Source of the DNA: an uncultured Acidobacteriota bacterium
GTDB lineage: Bacteria; Acidobacteriota; Blastocatellia; RBC074
Length of the DNA stretch: 64,000 nt
Reading direction: 5' to 3'
Assembly (NCBI GenBank): GCA_963796275.1
Contig: CAWCKY010000007.1
Location: 320,001 to 384,000 of the forward strand
This document shows, piece by piece, positions 46,253 through 57,562 of the stretch; the first letter of the stretch is position 1; every line of letters starts with the position of its first letter. The translations under genes were made by a program, and so were the position numbers. A model generated the notes under the pieces. It worked only from the letters and a program-made list of their open reading frames with translations, had not been told where the DNA came from and did no database searches.

Positions 46253-49200
46253 ATGATCACGAACAAATTCCAGATTTCAATCCTCAAATTTGAGATAACA
46301 CTCATCCTGATACTAGCCGTCACACTGGCAGGTTGTAACGGCAGGGGAAACCTTCCCGATCCCTCCTCGAGAGAATATCGCGATGCCGTCTCGGCCTTCT
46401 ATGTCGGTTTGGGCGCTTTGCAGGCGACCGACGATATACGCGCTAAGCAACGGCTCACGCGATTCACCGAGCTCGCACCGGGGGAGCCGGCCGGTTGGGT
46501 AAATCTGGGTGTACTTGCGCTGAGGCAGCAGGAGTTCGACGCGGCATATGAAAACCTCGAAAAGGCGCGCGCGATAGTCCCCGATGACAGCCGCATCGAG
46601 GGGATGCTCGGCCTGGTCGAAACGAAGCGCGGCAGATTTGCCGAAGCGATCGCGCATCTGCGCAAGGCGGTCGAGCTCGACCAGAAGAATTTGAAGGCGA
46701 TCTATGGGCTCGCGCAGGAGATCGAGCGGCAGGGCGCTGAGAACAGCGAAGTGGAAGTGCAGAATTTGATCGAGAAGATCCTACAAGTCCAGCCTGACAA
46801 TCTGGCGGCGCAGCTTGAATCGATTCGCATTGCCGCGAAACGCGGCGACGCAGAAACGGCTAAGCGAATCGTCGGGGGCATCGGCCAGAAGGCATCGGAC
46901 TGGCCACCGGAGATCGTTGCACAATTGAATGCATTGCAGGCGGCTGTCAATGGCCCGAATGTGCGGGCCGCCGCAACCCAGGTGGCTTTTTTGCGAAATG
47001 TTCTGGTGCGCTTACCCGATTATCGCCAAAGTCTGGCGGCGATCAGAAATCCGACCGAAGAGACGGGCGAACCGTTTGATAGGTTTTTGAAGTTGGCCTC
47101 GCCGAAGCTCGAGGCTGCCCCGCCGGATGAGGGATTAGCTTTCAACGCAGAGCCGATTGATGCCGGTGAAGGGAAGTGGGCCATGGTCGGAGCGATAACG
47201 CTCGACAGCGATGGCCCGCCTGTGGCCTTCACCGTCGATCAGCGAAATGTGCGAATAGGCGGCCAGTCGCTCACATTTCCGACCGGCGGAGAGATGATTA
47301 ATTCGAATGCGGTGGCGGGGATCGATTACGACTACGATTTCAAAACCGACCTGGCGGCGGCTGGCAGAGGCGGTTTCAAGCTCTACCGTCAGGAATCCCG
47401 CGATAAATTTATCGATGTTACGGCCCGGATGGGTTTGCCGCCGGCGCTGACGAACGCCGCTTATGACGGCGTATGGGCGGCGGATATCGACCTCGATGGA
47501 GATCTCGATATCGTGCTCGGTGCTGTCGCCGGCCAGCCGCCTGTGTTCAGGAATAACGGCGACGGAACGTTCAAGGAGTTGCGGCCATTCGCCGGGAGCG
47601 AAGGGCTGCGTGGCTTCGTCTATGCGGACTTTGATGGCGACGGCGATCCGGACGCGGCTCTGCTCGATGCCAATGCAAGATTGAAATTTTTCAGCAATGA
47701 ACGGCTCGGAGTTTTTCGCGAACGGGCCTTGCCGCCAAACATCGAGTCGATCAGCGCCCTTGACGTGGCTGACATAAACGGCGATGGCGTTCTAGATCTG
47801 CTTCTGCTGGATTTCAACCTGGCGGTGAAGCGTATCTCCGACAAAGGCGCGGGTGAAGGATGGGAGATAGTTGATGTCTTTGGGAGGCAAGCGGATGGCG
47901 CCACCGTGCCTCCGTCGCCGGGTTCGGTGAAGCTAGTCTCGGGCGATTTCGATAACAACGGATTGCTGGACCTGGCATTCGGCGGATTTATCTGGCTCAA
48001 CGGATCACCAGGAAAGAACCCGCGCCGGATCGATACGGGAAATACGACCGCCACTTCCTCGGCGGATCTAACCGGAGACGGGCGTCTCGATTTGCTGGCG
48101 ATGAATGCGGAGCGACGGCCGGTCAGACTCATCAACCGGGGCACTAAGGACTACCACTGGCAAGTCATCCGCCCGCGCGCCGCCAAATCCACAGGCGACC
48201 AGCGCATCAACTCATTCGGCATCGGTGGGGAGATCGAAATCCGCGCCGGACTGCTCTTCCAGAAACAGGTCATCGATTCTCCTCTGGTTCATTTCGGTTT
48301 GGGCGAGCAAACGCAGACTGACGTTGCGCGCTTCATCTGGCCGAACGGTTCCATTCAGGGCGAATTCGAATTGAAAGCCGATCAGGCGGTGCTGGCCGAG
48401 CAGCGATTGAAGGGCTCGTGTCCATGGCTCTTCGCCTGGAATGGCAGGTCGATGGAGTTCGTCAAGGACTGCGCGCCCTGGAGTCCGGCATTGGGTCTGA
48501 ACATAAACGCGCAGGTTACCGCCGGCATACAACAGACTGAAGAATGGATGAAGATTCGCGGCGACCAGCTCGCGCCACGCGATGGGTATTACGATCTGCG
48601 CGTCACCGCGGAATTGTGGGAGACCTACTATATCGATCATTATTCGCTCGTTGTGGTAGATCATCCGGCAGAAACTGAAATTTTCGCCGATGAGCGTTTC
48701 TCCATCCCTCCGCCCGAATTGAAACTCTACGCGACATCCAGACCCAGACCTTTCAGCCGGGCCGTCGATGACAACGGGCAGGATGTGACCGCCGTGGTCG
48801 GTGCATTGGACGAGAAATACCTCGATACATTCGGGCGCGGGCGCTATCAGGGGCTAACGCGCGATCACTACGTCGAACTCGCATTGCCCGATGAGGCTCC
48901 GCGCGCGGGCCGCCTTTGGTTGATCGCGCATGGTTTCGTGCATCCGACCGATACCACCGTCAATATGGCGATGAGCCAGCCCTACGATTACGTCCCCCCG
49001 AAAGGGCTGAGCCTCGAAGCGCCCGATGGCAAGGGCGGGTGGCGCGTCGTCGACCCCAACATCGGCTTTCCCGCGGGCAAGAAGAAGACGATGCTCATCG
49101 ATTTGACGAAAGTCATGACGCTCGACTCGCCGCGCCGCATTCGCCTGCGAACGAATATGGAGGTCTACTGGGATAAGCTGGAATGGGCGGAGGGCCTGCC

Positions 49201-49717
49201 GGAAGCGCAATTCAAAACGCAACGGTTCAATGCCGAAACGGCAGAGTTGCGTTTTCGCGGATACTCGGTGGTGGCGAGGGCCGACGATTCATCGCCTGAG
49301 TTGCCCGATTACAACCGGCTGGAATTCACCGGGCAGAAGTGGCGCGATATGATCGGTTACTTTACTCGTTACGGGGATATCCGCGAGTTGCTCGAAAAAG
49401 TCGATGACCGGATGGTATTCACCAATGCAGGCGATGAAGTGAGATTGCGCTTCAAAGCAGTGGCTGATCCGCCTGCCGGCTGGACGCGCGATTACGTGAT
49501 GATCGGTAACGGCTGGATCAAAGATGGTGATTACAATTCGACTTTCTCGAAGACGGTTCTGCCATTGCCCGATGCGAAGATGCGGGAATACACTAAACCT
49601 CCCTCGCGTTTGGAAGATGATCCGGTCTATCAGCGCCACGCACGCGACTGGCAGGAGTTTCATACACGATATGTGTCGCCAGATCGGTTCCGGAACGCGA
49701 TGAAACCATTAGATTAA
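46253..49717 (+). CDS. TPR + FG-GAP/CRTAC1 + ASPIC-UnbV large probable lipoprotein
   Basis: Lipobox LAGC; N-terminal TPRs; DxDxDGDxD repeats; HFGLG...WPNG; C-terminal extension starting KGSCPWLFAWNG. Confidence 0.85.
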   Translation: MITNKFQISILKFEITLILILAVTLAGCNGRGNLPDPSSREYRDAVSAFYVGLGALQATDDIRAKQRLTRFTELAPGEPAGWVNLGVLALRQQEFDAAYENLEKARAIVPDDSRIEGMLGLVETKRGRFAEAIAHLRKAVELDQKNLKAIYGLAQEIERQGAENSEVEVQNLIEKILQVQPDNLAAQLESIRIAAKRGDAETAKRIVGGIGQKASDWPPEIVAQLNALQAAVNGPNVRAAATQVAFLRNVLVRLPDYRQSLAAIRNPTEETGEPFDRFLKLASPKLEAAPPDEGLAFNAEPIDAGEGKWAMVGAITLDSDGPPVAFTVDQRNVRIGGQSLTFPTGGEMINSNAVAGIDYDYDFKTDLAAAGRGGFKLYRQESRDKFIDVTARMGLPPALTNAAYDGVWAADIDLDGDLDIVLGAVAGQPPVFRNNGDGTFKELRPFAGSEGLRGFVYADFDGDGDPDAALLDANARLKFFSNERLGVFRERALPPNIESISALDVADINGDGVLDLLLLDFNLAVKRISDKGAGEGWEIVDVFGRQADGATVPPSPGSVKLVSGDFDNNGLLDLAFGGFIWLNGSPGKNPRRIDTGNTTATSSADLTGDGRLDLLAMNAERRPVRLINRGTKDYHWQVIRPRAAKSTGDQRINSFGIGGEIEIRAGLLFQKQVIDSPLVHFGLGEQTQTDVARFIWPNGSIQGEFELKADQAVLAEQRLKGSCPWLFAWNGRSMEFVKDCAPWSPALGLNINAQVTAGIQQTEEWMKIRGDQLAPRDGYYDLRVTAELWETYYIDHYSLVVVDHPAETEIFADERFSIPPPELKLYATSRPRPFSRAVDDNGQDVTAVVGALDEKYLDTFGRGRYQGLTRDHYVELALPDEAPRAGRLWLIAHGFVHPTDTTVNMAMSQPYDYVPPKGLSLEAPDGKGGWRVVDPNIGFPAGKKKTMLIDLTKVMTLDSPRRIRLRTNMEVYWDKLEWAEGLPEAQFKTQRFNAETAELRFRGYSVVARADDSSPELPDYNRLEFTGQKWRDMIGYFTRYGDIRELLEKVDDRMVFTNAGDEVRLRFKAVADPPAGWTRDYVMIGNGWIKDGDYNSTFSKTVLPLPDAKMREYTKPPSRLEDDPVYQRHARDWQEFHTRYVSPDRFRNAMKPLD

Positions 49718-49810
49718 TGGATAATTGATAATGGATAATTGATAATTCGTATAAACTGAGGCAACAATCTAACCGAATTATCAATTATCAATTATCCAAT
49801 TATCTATTCC
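49715..49810 (+). repeat. Heptamer-armed hairpin element, copy 3
   Basis: (AATGGAT AATTGAT)2, core AATTCGTATAAACTGAGGCAACAATCTAACCGAATT, (AATTATC)n. Confidence 0.85.
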
Positions 49811-49818
49811 CCATATAT

Positions 49819-51615
49819 ATGAATAATCGCATCACACGAATCGTACTGATAATTTTCTTTATCGCGCTGCTGGCCACGCCGCTCATCATCAAGCAGCTGA
49901 ACGCGCGTAACGAAATAGCCCGGTCTTCAATTGATCCGGCCACCGCGCTGTCTCGCTACGGGTTTTATATGGAAGAGTCGGCGAAATCCGCCGGCATAGA
50001 GTTTAATCATCAGGCGCCGACCTTCGATGCGAAGCTCAGTCATATAATGACGCAGGTCGCAGTCGTCGGCGCGGCCGTCTCGGTGGTGGATTTCGATCGT
50101 GATGGCTGGAACGACTTTTACGTCACCAACAGCGGCGAAGGCAGCAGGAACGCGCTTTATCGCAACCTGGGCAAAGGCGTATTCAAAGATGTCGCGGGAG
50201 AAGCCGGGGTGGCCGAGCTGAACAGCCGCGAGCTGGGGGTTTCGATGGGCGCGGTGTGGGGTGATTACGATAACGATGGATACGAGGACCTGTTCTTATA
50301 CCGCTGGGGGCGGCCCGAGTTGTTTCACAACGCCGAGGGGAAGCGGTTTACGCGAGTGACGGAGGCGGCTGGATTTCCCCAATGGATCAACGCCGGCACC
50401 GCCATCTGGTTCGATTACGACCGCGACGGAAAGCTCGATCTGTTCATCGGCGGCTACTATTCCGAAAAGGTAGACCTCTGGCGGCTCACGGACACCAAAA
50501 TGATGCCCGAGAGCTTCGAGTATGCGAACAACGGCGGTCGCAAATATCTTTACCGCAATCTGGGCGGGGGGAAGTTTGAAGAAGTGGGAGAGAAGTTAGG
50601 CCTCAAATCGACACGCTGGTCGTTCGCGGCGGTCGCGGCCGATCTGCGGGGCACGGGTTATCCCGATCTCTTCGTCGCCAACGATTACGGCGTCTCTGAA
50701 CTGTTCTTCAACGACGGCGGAAAGCGATTTCGCGAAGTGGGAGGAGCGACGGGAGTAGGTTATTCGCCGAAGAGCGGAATGAATGCGAGCGTGGGTGATG
50801 TTTTGAACCGCGGCCATTTTGCCATCTATGTTTCGAACATCAGCGAAGAGGGAATACTGCTGCAGGGCAACAATCTCTGGGTACCGCGTGAGGGAACTTC
50901 GGGCGACGATATCAAATACGACAACCTGGCGCGTGATATGGGCGTCGAGCTGGGGAAATGGAGTTTCGGCGCGCAATTTGGCGATTTGAATAATGACGGC
51001 AAGCTCGACCTCTATTTGGTCAACGGGTATGTTTCGGCTGACCGCGACAACACCTACTGGTACGATTTCTCGAAAGTAGCCGGCGGTAACAAATCTATTA
51101 TCTCCGATGCGAAGAACTGGCCGCCGATGGATGGCCGGAGCCTCGCCGGTTACCAGCAGAAGCGCGTGTGGATCAACGACGGTGCGGGAAAATTCAACGA
51201 GGTAGCGCAGGCCGTAGGCGTGACCGATGTATACGATGGACGCTCGGTTGCGCTGGCGGATTTCGGCAATCGCGGCGTGCTCGATGCCGTGACAGCGAAC
51301 CAGCGCGGGCCGGTGCTCTATTATCGCAACACGGTCGATCCTGGAAATAATTGGATAGACCTCGAGCTTGAAGGAACGACCAGCAACCGGAGCGCCATTG
51401 GCGCCCAGGTGCGCGTTTTTTGGAATGGGCAGACGCAGATTCAGGAAGTCGCAGGCGGCAGCGGGTTCTGCGCGCAGAATCAACGCCGATTACATTTCGG
51501 CCTGGGCAAGGGGGCGCAGCTCGAGAAGGTTGAGATTCGCTGGCCGTCGGGTAAAATACAGACTCTTTCCGCCCTTGAGCTAAACAAAGTCCATCGTTTG
51601 AAGGAGCCGGTGTAG
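49819..51615 (+). CDS. CRTAC1 family / UnbV-like protein
   Basis: DFDRDGW, GDYDNDG, PESFEYANNGG, WSFGAQFGDLNNDG; C-terminal ASPIC-UnbV (SNRSAIGA...GFCAQN...HFGLG...WPSG). Confidence 0.88.
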   Translation: MNNRITRIVLIIFFIALLATPLIIKQLNARNEIARSSIDPATALSRYGFYMEESAKSAGIEFNHQAPTFDAKLSHIMTQVAVVGAAVSVVDFDRDGWNDFYVTNSGEGSRNALYRNLGKGVFKDVAGEAGVAELNSRELGVSMGAVWGDYDNDGYEDLFLYRWGRPELFHNAEGKRFTRVTEAAGFPQWINAGTAIWFDYDRDGKLDLFIGGYYSEKVDLWRLTDTKMMPESFEYANNGGRKYLYRNLGGGKFEEVGEKLGLKSTRWSFAAVAADLRGTGYPDLFVANDYGVSELFFNDGGKRFREVGGATGVGYSPKSGMNASVGDVLNRGHFAIYVSNISEEGILLQGNNLWVPREGTSGDDIKYDNLARDMGVELGKWSFGAQFGDLNNDGKLDLYLVNGYVSADRDNTYWYDFSKVAGGNKSIISDAKNWPPMDGRSLAGYQQKRVWINDGAGKFNEVAQAVGVTDVYDGRSVALADFGNRGVLDAVTANQRGPVLYYRNTVDPGNNWIDLELEGTTSNRSAIGAQVRVFWNGQTQIQEVAGGSGFCAQNQRRLHFGLGKGAQLEKVEIRWPSGKIQTLSALELNKVHRLKEPV

Positions 51616-51619
51616 GAGT

Positions 51620-52474
51620 ATGACACCAGAAGTCAGTGCATCAACGGCGGCGCCACACGCGCCGTATTCGACCCTGATCAGGGCGTTCAAGAAGTTCTTC
51701 AGTTTCGAGAATCGTTATCTAGCGCCGGCGCTGGTGACGGTAATCCTGCTCATAGGTCAACTCACCTTCGGATTTCTGGAGAGCTATTGGAAGACTGCGC
51801 TCGCGATCGCTACGGCGATTGGGCTCGAATTTCTACTGGGCCGCCTCTTCTGGGGCAAGTGGCCTCATCCGGCGAGCGCTTACATCTCCGGCATCAGCGT
51901 CGGGATGCTGGTGCGGTCGCCCGCGATCTGGCCTTATGCGCTGTGCAGTTTGATATCGATCACCTCGAAATATGTCCTGCGCGTAAAGGACCGTCACATC
52001 TGGAATCCATCGAATTTCGGCATTTGCGCCATGTTGTTCCTGGCCCCTTTCAGCGTGGCGGGTCTGAGCATTCAGTGGGGCAACGAGCTCTGGCCAATGG
52101 CGGTTGTCTGGGCGCTGGGATCCGTCATCATCTATCGTCTCAAACGATTTCACATCTGCGCGACTTACGTCATCTCGTTTATCGCCCTTGCGTATGTGCG
52201 CAGTATATTTACGGGCCACCCGTTCCTGGCGGAAGTAGCGCCGATCACCGGCCCGATGTATCAGCTCTTCGTTTTCTTTATGATCACCGATCCGAAGACG
52301 ACGGTGCAGAGCAAATGGGGGCAATGTGTGGTGGCATTCTGCGTCGCGCTTGCTGAAATGGTCCTGCGGCTGAATCAGAGTGTACACGCGCCCTACTACG
52401 CGCTCTTCATAGTCGGGCCGGCGGCGAACCTGATCGAGATAATGTGGAAATCGCGCAAGAATCGCGCGCGGTGA
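51620..52474 (+). CDS. RnfD/NqrB-like (UnbU-like) integral membrane protein
   Basis: SAYISG, SKYVLR...HIWNPSNFG, FFMITDPKT. Confidence 0.8.
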   Translation: MTPEVSASTAAPHAPYSTLIRAFKKFFSFENRYLAPALVTVILLIGQLTFGFLESYWKTALAIATAIGLEFLLGRLFWGKWPHPASAYISGISVGMLVRSPAIWPYALCSLISITSKYVLRVKDRHIWNPSNFGICAMLFLAPFSVAGLSIQWGNELWPMAVVWALGSVIIYRLKRFHICATYVISFIALAYVRSIFTGHPFLAEVAPITGPMYQLFVFFMITDPKTTVQSKWGQCVVAFCVALAEMVLRLNQSVHAPYYALFIVGPAANLIEIMWKSRKNRAR

Positions 52475-52480
52475 GACCTG

Positions 52481-52590
52481 GAAGGCATAAAAATCAGTAC
52501 CGCTAGCAGTAGCGAGCGAGTATTCGGCCAAGCAGATATACGGTAGGAACCTCGCTCGCTACCGCTCGCGGTACTGATTTTTTATGCTTC
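52481..52590. repeat. REP-like inverted repeat / possible terminator
   Basis: GCATAAAAATCAGTACCGCTAGCAGTAGCGAGCGAG ... CTCGCTCGCTACCGCTCGCGGTACTGATTTTTTATGC. Confidence 0.7.
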
Positions 52591-52625
52591 CATAAATCGA
52601 TCGCCGTTAAATAAGGAGAACTCGC

Positions 52626-53699
52626 ATGATCGTTACCGGAGGTGCTGGTTTCATCGGAGCCAACTTCGTGAATCGGGTGCTCGCCCATACGGATTCGAAG
52701 ATCGTCATCATCGATAAGCTCACTTACGCGGGCAACCTCGCCAACCTTGAAGAATCGCTCAAGGACCCGCGCGTCCATTTTATCCAAGCCGACATCGCCG
52801 ATTATGATGCGATCGACGCGGTCTTCCGCGAACGCCAGCCACTTGCGCTCGTTAATTTCGCCGCCGAAAGCCACGTCGACCGATCGATCGACGACCCGAG
52901 TCCGTTCATCGAGACCAATATCGTCGGTACCTTTGTGCTTCTCGAAGTCGCGCGCCGGTACTTTGCGAATTTGAAAGACGATGCGAGGCGCGCCTTCCGC
53001 TTCCTGCACGTCTCGACCGATGAGGTGTACGGCACCTTGGGCGAGGCAGGCGCGTTCTGCGAAACAACTCCTTATGCTCCGAACTCACCTTATGCGGCTT
53101 CCAAGGCTTCTGCGGATCATCTCGTGCGCGCCTATCATGAGACGTACGGCCTGCCCGCGATCGTCACCAACTGTTCGAACAATTACGGTCCTTACCAGTT
53201 CCCGGAGAAACTGATTCCTTTGATGGTCCTCAACGCGATCGAAGGCAAGCCGCTTCCCATTTACGGAGACGGCGGAAATGTGCGCGATTGGCTCTATGTC
53301 GAGGACCACTGTGCGGGCGTTCTGCTCGCATTACGAAATGGCAAGCCGGGAGAGAAGTACAACATCGGCGGCGGCAATGAACGCACGAACCTACAGATCG
53401 TCGATCTCATTTGCGGGGAGATCGAAAAGCTCTTACCTGCTGCTGATAATTCCCTCTTGAGCGGGCAGGGTAAGAGTAGTTATTTCGAGTTGAAGTCTTT
53501 CGTATCCGATCGACCCGGGCACGACCGTCGTTATGCGATCGATGCGGCGAAGATCCGCCATGATCTGGGCTGGACGCCTGCCTACGATTTTGAATCGGGA
53601 TTGGCCAGAACAATTGACTGGTACTGCAAGAATCGCGCGTGGTGTAAGAACGCGTTGACAGGCAAGTATGAACGGGAACGGCTAGGACTGAGTAATTGA
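52626..53699 (+). CDS. rfbB: dTDP-glucose 4,6-dehydratase
   Basis: TGGAGFIG, DKLTYAGN, AAESHVDRSI, HVSTDEVYG, YAASKA, DRPGHDRRY; RBS AAGGAG. Confidence 0.96.
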   Translation: MIVTGGAGFIGANFVNRVLAHTDSKIVIIDKLTYAGNLANLEESLKDPRVHFIQADIADYDAIDAVFRERQPLALVNFAAESHVDRSIDDPSPFIETNIVGTFVLLEVARRYFANLKDDARRAFRFLHVSTDEVYGTLGEAGAFCETTPYAPNSPYAASKASADHLVRAYHETYGLPAIVTNCSNNYGPYQFPEKLIPLMVLNAIEGKPLPIYGDGGNVRDWLYVEDHCAGVLLALRNGKPGEKYNIGGGNERTNLQIVDLICGEIEKLLPAADNSLLSGQGKSSYFELKSFVSDRPGHDRRYAIDAAKIRHDLGWTPAYDFESGLARTIDWYCKNRAWCKNALTGKYERERLGLSN

Positions 53700-53799
53700 T
53701 AATGGATAATTGATAATGGATAATTCGTAAATACTGTAGCAACAATTTATCCGATAAATCAATTATCAATTACCCATTATCAATTATCAATTATCAATT
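53693..53799 (+). repeat. Heptamer-armed hairpin element, copy 4
   Basis: Left arm supplies the rfbB stop codon; core AATTCGTAAATACTGTAGCAACAATTTATCCGATAA; right arm abuts the rfbA ATG. Confidence 0.85.
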
Positions 53800-54675
53800 A
53801 TGAAAGGTATTATCCTCGCGGGTGGTTCAGGCACGCGGCTCTATCCGATAACCATGGCGGTCAGCAAGCAATTGCTGCCCGTATACGACAAACCGATGAT
53901 CTATTACCCGCTCTCGACCTTGATGTTGGCGGGTATTCGCGAAATCCTGATCATCACAACCCCGCAGGATCAAGCGCAATTTAAGCGCTTGCTCGCTGAT
54001 GGCTCGCAATTCGGTCTGCGCCTCGATTATGGTGTGCAACCCAGCCCGGACGGATTGGCCCAGGCATTCATTATCGGTCGTGAGTTTGTAGGAGCCGATA
54101 ATGTAGCGCTCATACTGGGCGACAATATTTTTTACGGTCACGGATTACCTGATGATTTGCGCCGGGCGGCGGAGCGCAGCGCAGGCGCCACTGTCTTCGC
54201 CTACCAGGTTCGCGATCCCGAGCGATACGGCGTAGTCGAATTCGATGAGAACTCCCGCGCCATCAGCCTGGAGGAAAAACCGCAGAAGCCGCGATCGCAT
54301 TGGGCGGTAACGGGGCTGTATTTCTATGACAATCGGGTCATTGAGATCGCGCGCGATCTGAAACCTTCCGCCCGCGGTGAACTCGAGATCACAGATGTCA
54401 ATCGCATTTATCTAGGATGGAACGCGCTGCACGTTGAGAAGTTCGGCCGTGGCATCGCGTGGTTGGATACTGGAACGCATGAATCATTGCAGCAGGCGTC
54501 CAGTTTCATTCAAGTCCTGCAGGAGCGGCAGGGGCTGATGGCTTCCTGTCTGGAGGAGATCGCTTACAAGATGGGGTATATTACGGCGAGCGATGTCATG
54601 CGGATCGCCGAGCCGATGAAAAAGAACGAATATGGGCAATACTTGCTAAGCATGCTTGAACAGGAGGGAGAGTGA
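53800..54675 (+). CDS. rfbA: Glucose-1-phosphate thymidylyltransferase
   Basis: [45 protein letters not shown]. Confidence 0.97.
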   Translation: MKGIILAGGSGTRLYPITMAVSKQLLPVYDKPMIYYPLSTLMLAGIREILIITTPQDQAQFKRLLADGSQFGLRLDYGVQPSPDGLAQAFIIGREFVGADNVALILGDNIFYGHGLPDDLRRAAERSAGATVFAYQVRDPERYGVVEFDENSRAISLEEKPQKPRSHWAVTGLYFYDNRVIEIARDLKPSARGELEITDVNRIYLGWNALHVEKFGRGIAWLDTGTHESLQQASSFIQVLQERQGLMASCLEEIAYKMGYITASDVMRIAEPMKKNEYGQYLLSMLEQEGE

Positions 54676-55253
54676 AGTTCATTCCGACCGAATTGCCGGG
54701 CGTGATAATTGTCGAGCCGCAAGTCTACCGGGACGAACGCGGATTCTTTCTCGAAACGTATCAGAGGGAGGAGTATTGCGCGGGTGATATCAATGCGGTT
54801 TTCGTTCAGGACAATCATTCGCGATCGGTACGCGGCACGCTGCGAGGGCTGCACGCGCAGCTGCACCGCCCGCAAGGGAAATTGATCAGAGTGATAGAGG
54901 GCGAGGTCTTTGATGTGGCGGTCGACATCCGCCGCGGCTCGCCAACATTCGGTCACTGGATCGGCGTCTGGCTTTCGTCGGAGAACTTCAGACAGCTATA
55001 CGTCCCACCGGGATTCGCCCACGGGTTTTGTGTGGCGAGCGAGATCGCGCAGGTCGAATATAAATGCAGCGACTATTACGATCCGGCGAGCGAAATCAGC
55101 GTGCAATGGAACGATCCGGAGATCGGTATTCAGTGGCCGAATGATCTGGTTGCCACGCCCATACTCTCGAAGAAAGATATAGCGGCCAAACCATTGCGCG
55201 AGCTGATGGATGTATTGCCGCAATTTGATAACGAGTCGCGTAGCGGCGACTGA
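54672..55253 (+). CDS. rfbC: dTDP-4-dehydrorhamnose 3,5-epimerase
   Basis: [30 protein letters not shown]. Confidence 0.96.
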   Translation: MKFIPTELPGVIIVEPQVYRDERGFFLETYQREEYCAGDINAVFVQDNHSRSVRGTLRGLHAQLHRPQGKLIRVIEGEVFDVAVDIRRGSPTFGHWIGVWLSSENFRQLYVPPGFAHGFCVASEIAQVEYKCSDYYDPASEISVQWNDPEIGIQWPNDLVATPILSKKDIAAKPLRELMDVLPQFDNESRSGD

Positions 55254-55314
55254 TCATAGACAGGCCTTAGTGGTTTTGGCTACGCGGCTGGAATAGTAAC
55301 GGGACAAGCTCCAT

Positions 55315-55617
55315 ATGAGCGAAGCAAATAGCAGCGAGATGACAATGGATGACTGGCGTCGCAGGATTGATGCGATCGATCTGCAGTTGGTCGAACTCTT
55401 CAATGAGCGAACAAAGTGTGCCATCGAGATCGGCCACATCAAAAAACGGCTCGGGCTGGAGATATACTCGCCCGGGCGCGAAGCCCAGGTCCTCGCCAAT
55501 GTCACCGCGGCCAATGCAGGCCCGCTCGATGCGGAAGCGATCAGGCGATTGTTCGAACGTGTTATCGACGAAGCGCGGCGCATCGAGAGGATTGAAGCGG
55601 AGAAAAATGAAATATGA
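55315..55617 (+). CDS. Chorismate mutase (AroQ class)
   Basis: WRRRIDAIDLQLVELFNER...IGHIK...REAQVL. Confidence 0.88.
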   Translation: MSEANSSEMTMDDWRRRIDAIDLQLVELFNERTKCAIEIGHIKKRLGLEIYSPGREAQVLANVTAANAGPLDAEAIRRLFERVIDEARRIERIEAEKNEI

Positions 55618-56620
55618 TCATTGTGATGGAAGAGAATGCGACCGAAGAGCAGATCGTCAAAGTGGTGGATCGCCTGGTCAACCTCGGATTCGATATTCAT
55701 CGGTCTACTGGCGCGCGCTATACGATCCTCGGCGCAGTCGGGTCGCGCCTCGCGGATACCCTCTCACTGGAATTGCTCGAGGGCGTGAATCAAGTCGTGC
55801 GCGTGAGCTCCTCATACAAGCTCGCAGCGCGCGCCTTCAATCCGGCTGGAACATCGATCAAAGTCAATGACATCACAATCGGCGACGATCGGGTCGTCGT
55901 CATGGCCGGTCCCGGAGTCGTCGAAAGCCGGGAACAGATAGAAATAATAGCCGGTGCGCTGGCCGGGCATGGCGTGCAGGTATTGTGCGGCGGCGCGTTC
56001 AGATCGAGTGCCGATCCCTTCGGATTCCAAGGGTTGGGAGAAGAGGGCTTGCGCCTTTTGCGTGAAGTCGCAGACAACTATCACATGCTCACAGTCTCCG
56101 AGGTCACGGACGGGGCGCAGCTCAACCTCTTCACCAAATTCGTCGATCTCATCCAGGTAGGCGCACGCAACATGCAAAACTTTCCGTTGCTCAAGGAGCT
56201 GTCGAAAATCGACAAACCTGTCATCCTCACGCGCGGCGCGTCGTCGACGATCGAAGAGACGCTGATGTCGGCGGACTACCTCATGACCGGGGGCAATCAT
56301 CAAGTGATCATCTGCGAAAGCGGCATCCGGACGTTCGAAACCTACACCAGCCGCACGCTGGACGTCTCCGCCATCCCAGTCTTTAAAAAACTCTCGCACT
56401 TGCCGGTCATCGCCGACCCGTGTCGCGGCACAGGCAGGCGCGACAAGGCCCCGCCGATGGCCCGCGCAGTTGTTGCAGCGGGGGCCGACGGATTGCTCAT
56501 CGAAGTCCATCACGATCCGGAGCGCGCGCTCTGCGATGCGGCGCAATCGCTCACGCTCGAGCAGTTTCATCTTCTGGCCGGGCAGTTGCGCTTGACCGCT
56601 GCGGCGGTGGAGAGATCTCT

Positions 56621-56624
<4 letters not shown>
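55614..56624 (+). CDS. Type I-beta DAHP synthase homologue with N-terminal ferredoxin-like domain; catalytic motifs degenerate
   Basis: Overall aroF-like (QVGARNMQNF, GIRTFE, GADGLLIEVH) but AGPC>AGPG, RGGAFKPRT>CGGAFRSSA, LKRG>LTRG, DPSH>DPCR. Confidence 0.85.
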
Positions 56625-57520
<896 letters not shown>

Positions 57521-57562
57521 CCTCGAACCGATACTCCAATAGAAAACGTAGGGGGACATAAG

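Noticed and set aside
49819-52474. Enediyne biosynthetic cluster suggested by the UnbV/UnbU-like pair
   Set aside because: No iterative PKS, thioesterase or UnbL-like gene in the window.
56420-56620. 67-aa N-terminal extension of TyrA in the ORF track
   Set aside because: Overlaps the DAHP synthase homologue; GTG 56621 just before the Rossmann motif fits better.
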